A stretch of DNA of 64,000 nucleotides from assembly GCA_951406725.2 (NCBI GenBank), contig OX597826.1:54064001-54128000 (forward strand), in the 5' to 3' direction. A model generated the notes under the pieces. That model was not told where the DNA came from. It did no database searches and saw only the letters and a program-made list of their open reading frames with translations. The translations under genes and the position numbers were made by a program. Shown here one piece after another: positions 54,801-64,000 of the stretch. Position 1 is the stretch's first letter. Every line of letters starts with the position of its first letter. This DNA comes from Octopus vulgaris (Eukaryota).

Positions 54801-54835
54801 GTTTAACGTTTCGAGCGGAGCTCTTCGTCGGAAAC
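54801..54835 (-). ncRNA. Minimal hammerhead-like motif, U4C variant
   Basis: Identical to 47933-47967; host element about 54692-54880 inside (TA)n. Confidence 0.68.
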
Positions 54836-55015
54836 AAGGAGAAGGAAAGATCCCAAGAAGGGAAGACAGAGGAAAAAATATATGAGCTGGTGGTGCTCAA
54901 GAGATCACATGTTGAAAGAACACAAGTTGAGAGGTAGTCGAATCAAGGTTTTTAAAAGCAAGAGAGTTTCAAAAAAGGAATGCGTGTGTGTGTGTGCAAG
55001 GATGACAAGTGTGTT

Positions 55016-55056
<41 letters not shown>

Positions 55057-55220
55057 TTTTGGTGAATAATAAGCAATGACAAAGTCAGCTGTCATAAGGC
55101 ACTCCTTTATGACTACTAGCTGTTTGTATATATATATATATATATATATATATACGCATATGCATACATACATACATACATGCATTCGAGAAAAATTCCC
55201 ACGAGATGATTTGCCGTACA

Positions 55221-55269
<49 letters not shown>

Positions 55270-55304
55270 TCCAAACAAATCAAACAAAAAAAAAAAAAAC
55301 ACAC

Positions 55305-55345
<41 letters not shown>

Positions 55346-56017
55346 AAAATGCACAGGAATTTTGTATTTTCAGAAGATATTTGTGAATTTGCACGGAAGT
55401 TCATACGATTATGCCAAAAAGTTTTTAAATTGGGGAGGGTATGATTTAAGGCCTGTTTAGCTGTTATTTTTAGCACATCTCATTACTAGGGTACAAGCAA
55501 CAGATGGGCGCAAGCAACATAACACAGTGTCAATGCACGTGGCATCGCGTAGAATATATTTGTCAACATATGTGCTTTCTTGCTGACAGGAGAGCTCTGA
55601 TATTAACGGAGGTTGAACAACATCGTTGCGCAGAAAAACATGAGTCCAAGAAGCAAAGCTTCCTGCAAGGCAGAGCTATAAATGCAATTGTCAAGTAGGA
55701 GCGATATATTCAAAACTGGTAAAACTAAGAATTGTCGAGGATAAATTAAATTTATTATTGTTACTGAATATGCTGGTGTTGTTTAATTTCTGAACGGTTT
55801 TGCTGCCCCTTGTTTATGTAGTTTGATTTCTTTATCGATGAATTTTTACTAAAATAGAGACGCGAGTAAAATTAATAATAGAGAAACGAAAATAAAACTT
55901 TGGAAACAGCAACGCCACCATAACTTACATGGAAACCATAAGCGTGCTTTCAAGGGAGATAATCAGAGAAAGACTTGAAAGTCGACGTAAGATCGTAATA
56001 CTTCATGTAAAGTAAAT

Positions 56018-56368
<351 letters not shown>

Positions 56369-56489
56369 GAACGAACTATTGAGTTTGGTTTAATGGCCTA
56401 CCAATGTATACTATGAGTTTCTTTGCCCTAGGAGTCGGGAAGACACTCGGCAAGAAATGGAAGCAAATTTGAAAGAAGAAAAAAAAAAA

Positions 56490-56522
<33 letters not shown>

Positions 56523-58463
56523 TCTTTCTAATTTTTTGTGCAAGGCCAGTAGTTTTGAGGCGAGGATGCGAGTCGATTACATCGACCTCAATGCACAACT
56601 AATACTTGTTTTATCGACCCCTGAAAGGATGAAAGACAGTGTCGACTTACTGTGGAATTTGAACTCAGGGCGTAAAAAAAAAGGGGCAAAAATTGCATCT
56701 AAATACGACAATGCATTGCGACTGATCAGGCTCAACTGAGTCTCCCTAAGCAGCTGCACTTGACGCTACATAAAATAATAACGCCATCTATAGTTTTAAT
56801 AAATAAACTTTGACCGACAGCCATAAAATCTTGATTTAATAACTTCGAACAGTTTTCCCTAATATATTTTATTACTATAATTTACAAAAGATATCCGCAT
56901 AGACTGGAAATGTAACGATGAAACATTCACTGAATCATTAATTTCTTGTGATCAGGGATATAGATGAAACGATATAGGTTTCCGCGTTGAGAAGGAAAGC
57001 GACAACTGAAGGGAGTTGTTAGTGAACTGGACTTTCGTTTATAAATTCGTATATACTTCCTTTCATTCTGACAGGCTTCATGTGTTGTAATTGAGATGTG
57101 CTGAGGTTTATTGTATCTTTCGTTACATTATGAGATTGAGAAAATTGAGAAACATAATAAAACGTTAGTTTATAGTTAGAACAACTTTCAGCTCTCACAA
57201 AATATCCTTTAATTATATAGTGAAATAAGTACTAATACATTTAATGTGGTGAACACGATAAGTTTAATTAATAACGAAAGAGTGTTCCCACATTGAAAGG
57301 AGAGAATAAACGTAACTAAACAGGTATTAGAGTGCGTAAATCGATTGAAGACAGAGGAGGGAGAAAAAGAGAAGGAGAGATACAGAGAGTCAGAGAGCGC
57401 GGAGATGAAAAGGAGGGAGTAGATTGTTGTTGCAATGAAACAGGAAGTGTAGAATGAAAAGCAAGCGATTACATCATTAATCTGAGGCTTGGTTGTCAAA
57501 ACTTCCAGGAAAACACCCGCGGGCAATTCTTGAAAGACGAATCTATTGATATAATTAGTAGTGTATCTCAATCTTTCTGTTTGTCCGCCCAACCGACCCT
57601 CTTGCTATGGTGCTTTCATTATGTCTATTATGTGAAAACACTTTCAAGTCCTTTAGTTATATATATAGTGTGTGTATGTATGTATATATGTTTTGTATGT
57701 ATGTATATGAATGTATACTCTTTACTCTTTTACTCTTTTACTTGTTTCAGTCATTTGACTGCGGCCATGCTGGAGCACCACCTTTAGTCGAGCAAATCGA
57801 CCCCAAGACTTATCCTTTGTAAGCCTAGTACTTATTCTATCGGTCTCTTTTGCCGAACCACTAAGATGTTGGGGGACAAACACTGACACAAACATATACC
57901 CATACATACATATATATATATATACATATATACGACGGGCTTCTTTCAGTTTCCGTCTACTAAATCCACTCACAAGGCTTTGGTCGGCACGAGTCACTTG
58001 CCCAAGGTGCCACGCAGTGGGACTGAACCCGGAACCATGTGGTTGGTAAGCAAGCTACTTACCACGCAGCCACTCCTGCGCCTATATATGTGTGTGTGTA
58101 TATACATATGTATGTATGTGTGTATAAATACACATATTTTTTTTATTTGCTTCAGTCATTAGATTGCAGCCATGCTGGGGCACCGACTTCAAGAGTTTTA
58201 AGTCAAATGAATCGACTCGGTACATTTTACTGTTATTTTTTTCAAAGATTGGTACTTATCTTATCTGTCTCTGTTGCCAAACAGCTGTTACGGAGACATA
58301 AACACACTAACACCGGTTGTCAAGCGGTAGCAGGGCGATAAACAGAGACACAGACAGACACACGCGCGCTCGCATTTACACTCGCGCACTCACACACACA
58401 CACGATGGGCCTCTTTCAGTTTCCATAGTTTACTTTTTTGGTTGGGAGGTTGAGGATACCCGG

Positions 58464-59269
58464 CTAGTGAAGCTGAGAACCGAAACCGCGGGTTGAAAAA
58501 GGAATAGTTATGCTTGGTGAATGCGCCGCTTCACAGATTTCACAATGGCCCCCTAAAATCTGCTGCTGCTGTGAACCTTGCCCCACGCATTTCTTCACCA
58601 CGTCTTTCTGAATACAACTACCAGCCAGGAGTGCATTCCACAAGGAGCATGCAGTTACGATTTGGAGTGTGGAACCACAGACCATGGGTCCAACCATCAT
58701 GCTATTCGTAGTAGAATTGGTTGGAGATGTAGTGTGGTTAGCACAACTCCGGGTAGTCAGTCCAGCTCTGTTTAAATCGCTGGAGTTTCCAGCACTAATC
58801 CCAACTCTGCGGTCAGTCGCCACGCCGTGAGTATCCGTAGAGGTGCTTCTACGGCGTGGTTGACTACGAACAGTATCAGCTCTAGGGTCACCACCAGAGC
58901 CGTCGCCTACGGTCCTACCAGCAATCTCAGCATTGTACCAGGCATACTTGCTTTATTAGAAGCCGTTATAATGGTGGCTATATTAAGTGTGGTAGAGTAG
59001 GACAACTTAATGGTGTTTCTATTAAAAATGCTATGACGCCTGTGTTGTAGTGGAGAATCGGGAAGAACAATTTGAGGATATTAGTTTTAACGTTACGAGA
59101 GAAGAGTGGGCCAGACAAAATAACGCGCCGACTCTTCCACCATCTCCCAACGTTGAGAGGTTTATTCCTGTTAGAAGAGATGTGATGAATCCACCGTCCA
59201 TCCCGAGCTCGGCTAACCAAGGGATTTAGGGCCGTTCTACACATTCCCTTTCTTCCACTTCTCTTAATG
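58464..59269 (-). mobile_element. Possible 5' fragment of an R2/NeSL-like retrotransposon
   Basis: GC-rich stop-free frame 58952-58464 ending HCEICEA...FSTRGFGSQLH (zinc-finger-like); the upstream 180 bp recurs inverted at 60800-60980. Confidence 0.4.
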
Positions 59270-59324
59270 AATCTGGAACCATGTGGTTGGTAAGCAAGTT
59301 AGTTACCACACATCCACCCCTGCA

Positions 59325-60525
59325 TGTATGTATGTATGTATGTATGTATGTATGTATGTATGTATGTATGTATGTATGTATGTATGTATGTACGTACGTA
59401 CGTGTATGTATGCATGTATGTATGTATGTATGTATGTATGTATGTATGTATGTATGTATGTATGTATGTATGTACGTACGTACGTATGTATGTATGTATG
59501 TATGTATGTATGTATGTATGTATGTATGTATGTATGTATGTACGTACGTATATGTATGTATGATGTATGTATGTATGTATGTATGTATGTATGTATGTAT
59601 GTATGTATGTACGTACGTACGTATGTATGTATGATGTATGTATGTATGTATGTATGTATGTATGTATGTATGTATGTATGTATGTATGTATGCTGTATGT
59701 ATGTACGTATGTATGTATGTATAATCTTATATTTCTGAGATGAGGAAATTATACATAAATATTAGTCGGAGGTGTCTTCATCCTGATTGCTACTTTCACT
59801 TTGTTTCAGCTGTTGTAAACTCAGGGGTCTTGTGATTCACTTGCATGGGACTGAACTTAGAACTGCTAGGTGACTATACTGCATTTCAGCGATTTATTCA
59901 CTGCACTGTGCTCATAGGCAATGGATAAAGACGCTGATATGAGAAGACTACTCCAACTAATGATTAATATATTTTTATATACTTACATATATACATATAT
60001 ACAAGGCTTGCGTCTATATATACGTACATACGTTCGTACATACATACATACGTACGTACATACATACATACATACATACATACATACATACATACATACA
60101 TACGTACGTACGTACGTGCGTACATACATACATAGATACATAGATACATACATACATACATACATACATACATACATACAAGGCATGTGTTTAAATATAT
60201 GTATGTACGTATATACGTTCGTTCATACATACACATACATACATACATACATACATACATACATACATACATACATACATACATACATACATACATACAT
60301 ACATAACGGGAAAGTTTACGAAAATAAACAAAAGACGAAGGCAGGTGGAGTACAAACAAACAAATGTATTAGTATAGCGCTCAGGAATAGAAATAGAAAA
60401 AGTCTTTTACGTTTCGAGCCTACGCTCTTCGACAGAAAGATACACAGAAAAAAACAAGGAGAGAAACAAGGAGAGAAAAAAATCCGTGTAGGAGCTAACG
60501 ATCTATCATGGCGTCCATACATACA

Positions 60526-60557
<32 letters not shown>
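59325..60557. repeat. Opposed (ATGT)n and (ACAT)n arrays
   Basis: (ATGT)n at 59325-59720; (ACAT)n at 60020-60305 and 60517-60557. Confidence 0.95.
60404..60439 (-). ncRNA. Minimal hammerhead-like motif, A6U variant
   Basis: Reverse complement CTTT-CTGTCGA-A-GAGC-GTAG-GCTC-GAAAC-GTA-AAAG; all stems intact. Confidence 0.65.
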
Positions 60558-60985
60558 AACACAAAGCTTATCTTAGCTCTTAAGAAATAAAGGAATAATA
60601 TTATAGAGATACAACTATGAAGTGTTCGGAGTGAGGGCCCTGAATGTTGCCATTTCTTGTGCTGGAGTCACGAACCAAGAACTCTGAAGGAATGCCTGCT
60701 GGACAGCTGCCGTCCCCCTCCCCCCTTCTTGTAAATACAACGATCCCTGCTTAGATAACCAACCATCTCCACTCCGTTCCCTGTGGTACATCCTGGAGAC
60801 ATTAAGAGAAGTGGAAGAAATGGAATGTGTAGAACGGCCCTAAATCCCTTGGATAGCCGAGCTCGGGATGGACGGTGGATTCATCACATCTCTTCTAACA
60901 GGAATAAACCTTTCGACGTTGGGAGATGGTGGATGAGTCGGTGCGTTATATTGTCTGGCCCACTCTTCTCTTGTAACGTTATATA

Positions 60986-61038
<53 letters not shown>

Positions 61039-61595
61039 TTACATCCCTATAACGTAGCGGTTCGGCAAAAGAACCCGATATAATAAGTACTAGGCTTACA
61101 AAGAATAAGTCCTGGGGTCGGTTTGTTCGACTAAAGGCGGTGCTCCATCATGGCCGCAGTCAAATGACTGAAACAAATAAAAGAATATAAAAGAATATAC
61201 ACATACACACACACACGCTTACGTATGTATGCATGCATGTATGTATGTATGTATGTATGTATGTATGTATGTATGTATGTATGTACAGTCGCGCACGCAC
61301 ATATTAAATTGTAGAATACCGTATTTCAGTTAATCTTATTCAATAAAGTCTGACAAAACTAATTAACTACGAAACTGAGTATGCATCAAGCTTGGATTTT
61401 CCTCGGTTACGTGCCAGTTAAGAAATTAAAATGAAAATTATTTACTTTTCCTTTCACAGTCAATAATATTTTCCACATACATGCGAATGGAATTATAGTA
61501 AAAGACTAAGAAAATTACTATTTGTAAATCTTACAAGGAGAGACATTCAGCAACAGTACTTTGGAGTAAAGATTATTTGCCAACATAACATGGCA

Positions 61596-61685
61596 GTCCT
61601 GGTTTAGGACTAATGTTGCTGTAATTTAGTCCCAGGAGACATCCCCTGGGGCTAAATTACAGCAGCATTCGTCCTAAACCAGGAC
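61596..61685. repeat. 90-nt near-perfect hairpin (41-bp arms, 8-nt loop)
   Basis: gtcctggtttaggactaatgttgctgtaatttagtcccagg / cctggggctaaattacagcagcattcgtcctaaaccaggac. Confidence 0.92.
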
Positions 61686-63099
61686 GGGCTCGATTAAATA
61701 AGTACCAGTTACGCACTGGAGGTCGATATAATCGACTTAATCCCTTTGTCTGTCCTTGTTTGTCTTCTCTATGTTTAGCCCCTTGTGGGCAATAAAGAAA
61801 TAATAAAATTACTTAACTCGAAATACTTGTAGCTGCTTTATTAATTTTTCGGAAAAATGAATATCATTTTCATCATCAGTAAGCATATATATCGGAAAAG
61901 CTATATCGGAACAACATTTTTTGGAAAATAATCTCGTAAAAATTTGAAGTGGTTGGAAGAAATTTAACAAAATTCTAATTTGGTGGACGAAAGCTGTGTG
62001 GAAGTCCATCGTATGTTGTTGTTTGTTCCTTCTCGAGCCATCCCTGGCTCATAAGAGCCGGTCTCCCGGTTTCCTTGGTGTATAGGTTCCCCACCTGGAC
62101 GGGGCGCCGGTCTGTCGCAAGTGAACTGCAAGATGCAGGAGGAAAGAGTGAGAGAAAGTTGTGGCGAAGGAGTCTGCAGAAGTTCGACATTACGTTCTGC
62201 AGGATCCGCGTGAAGCTTAGGTCTGAGATTCGAACCTGCGATCCCTCGGCCGCGAGTCCACTGCTCTAACCACTGGGCCATGCGCCTCCACAAGTCCGGC
62301 GGCGAGCTGGCAGAAACGTTAGCACGCCGGACGAAATGCGTGGCCGTATTTCGTCTGCCGTTACGTTCTGTGTTCAAATTCCGCCGAGGTTGACTTTGCC
62401 TTTCATCCTTTCGGGGTCGATAAATTACCAGTTACGCACCAGTACGCACTGGGGTCGATATATAATCGACTTAATCCCTTTGTCTGTCCTTGTTTGTCCT
62501 CTCTGTGTTTAGCCCCTTGTGGGTAGTAAAGAAATAGGTATATATGTTTGTGTGTATGTGCATGCGCGTCTATGTGTGTATGTCATTATTTCTATGTTTG
62601 TCACCAACCCACACCGCATAGACAAAACTGATTTTGGTTTGTTTACGTTTCAGTAATCTTCTCAGTTCTGAAAAAGAGACCAATAGAACAAGTACTCGTC
62701 TTTCCTTAAAAAAAAAAAACGGAAAAAAAACCCCAACAAAAGACAAAAAATAAATCATAAGTAGTAAATACGGTTTCTTCGACTAAAACCTTTCAAGGTG
62801 ATGCTCCGGCATGGCCGCAACTCAACAGCCTGAAAGAAGTCAAAGATAAAGTGCAGATATACACCCACATACACTCACACCCACACACAACTTGTCGAGG
62901 ATAAAACGATATGGACAAGAAGATGTCTAGAACACAGATATTCTTGTTTTCAGTTCTCTGCTATAGAGACAAGTTGAAGCATGATTAAATGGCAATAAAA
63001 TTGATTGGAAGCTAATTACAAACAGCTAATAATTAATTTTTTTTTTAATCTATGGGAGGCTGGATGTGGTGGTACACGCGTGTGTATATGTAAATACGC

Positions 63100-63530
63100 A
63101 CATGCATGTATGTATGTATGTATGCATGCATGTATGTATGTATGTATGTATGTATGTATGCATGTATGTATGTATGTATGTATGTATGCATGCATGTATG
63201 TATGTATGTATGTATGCATGCATGTATGTATGTATGCATGCATGTATGTATGTATGCATGCATGTATGTATGTTTGTATGCTTGTGTGTATGTATGTATG
63301 TATGTATGTATGTATGTATGTATGTATGTATGCATGCATATATATGTGTGTGTGTGTATGTATGCATACACATATATGTGTGTGTGTGTATATATATATA
63401 TGTATGTATATGTACACATATGTATGCATTTATGTATATATATATATGTATATTTGTGTGTATATATGTGTATGTGTGTGCGCACGCATGTATGTGTGTG
63501 TGTTTGTGTGTATGCGTGTGTACGCATGAA
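63100..63530. repeat. (ATGT/ATGC)n and (TG)n compound microsatellite
   Basis: Visible in sequence. Confidence 0.95.
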
Positions 63531-64000
63531 TGCCGGCATATATGTCTGTATGCGTGGGGGTCTTATATATTATATTTGTATAGGTGTCTGGTCTGGTGTG
63601 GTTTGGTTCTTCTATAATGTAAAAGCACATCCAAAACAATGTACGTGATTCTTCAATTAATTAAAATTAATTTTCGGCTTACCGTGTCGTTTACGGCAGC
63701 CTGCACTTATCTATGAATTCTTCATTCAAAAGTCACGTCACCGTTATTTAATTTTCCAGTCTCATTATTCTAATTTGTCTAATGAGTGAATATGCCATTG
63801 CAAAGAACAAACAAACCAACGAATCCTCTGAATTATTCTGAGATCTTGATTAACATTAAGTGAGTAAATTCTTCACGGAGGAGACCCAATAAAACTGAAA
63901 CATGTGGCGTAGCTATACTGTGCGTTACTCGGAACACCCTGTTTGCCACCCACGGGAAACCAATGTTATATAGCAGACCCACAAATACTGCCGCCAATAT

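Noticed and set aside
63759-63859. Possible plus-strand exon (ttttccag...AA|gtgagt)
   Set aside because: Short, no recognisable peptide and no supporting context

Overview
AT-rich, microsatellite-dense animal genomic DNA. The repeat content points to a cephalopod, probably Octopus (inference only). No complete intact protein-coding gene is visible, and most ORFs in the track are microsatellite or SINE artefacts. The window is mostly transposable elements: a 5'-truncated RTE LINE with many orphan tails, a decayed mariner, mariner/piggyBac/hAT-type MITEs, Helitron-like elements, CR1, HERO-, R4-, I- and R2-like LINE remnants, and three tRNA-derived SINE families. Beyond these there are four signals. 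(1) At least eight minimal type-I hammerhead-ribozyme motifs in four Penelope-like repeat families, some with recurrent non-canonical cores. (2) An apparent CpG-content switch near 38 kb, next to two oppositely oriented signal-peptide-like first exons at 42.4-42.8 kb. (3) Low-confidence minus-strand exon-like segments with in-frame stops. (4) Several inverted repeats and hairpins that could form dsRNA. Repeat boundaries are approximate.
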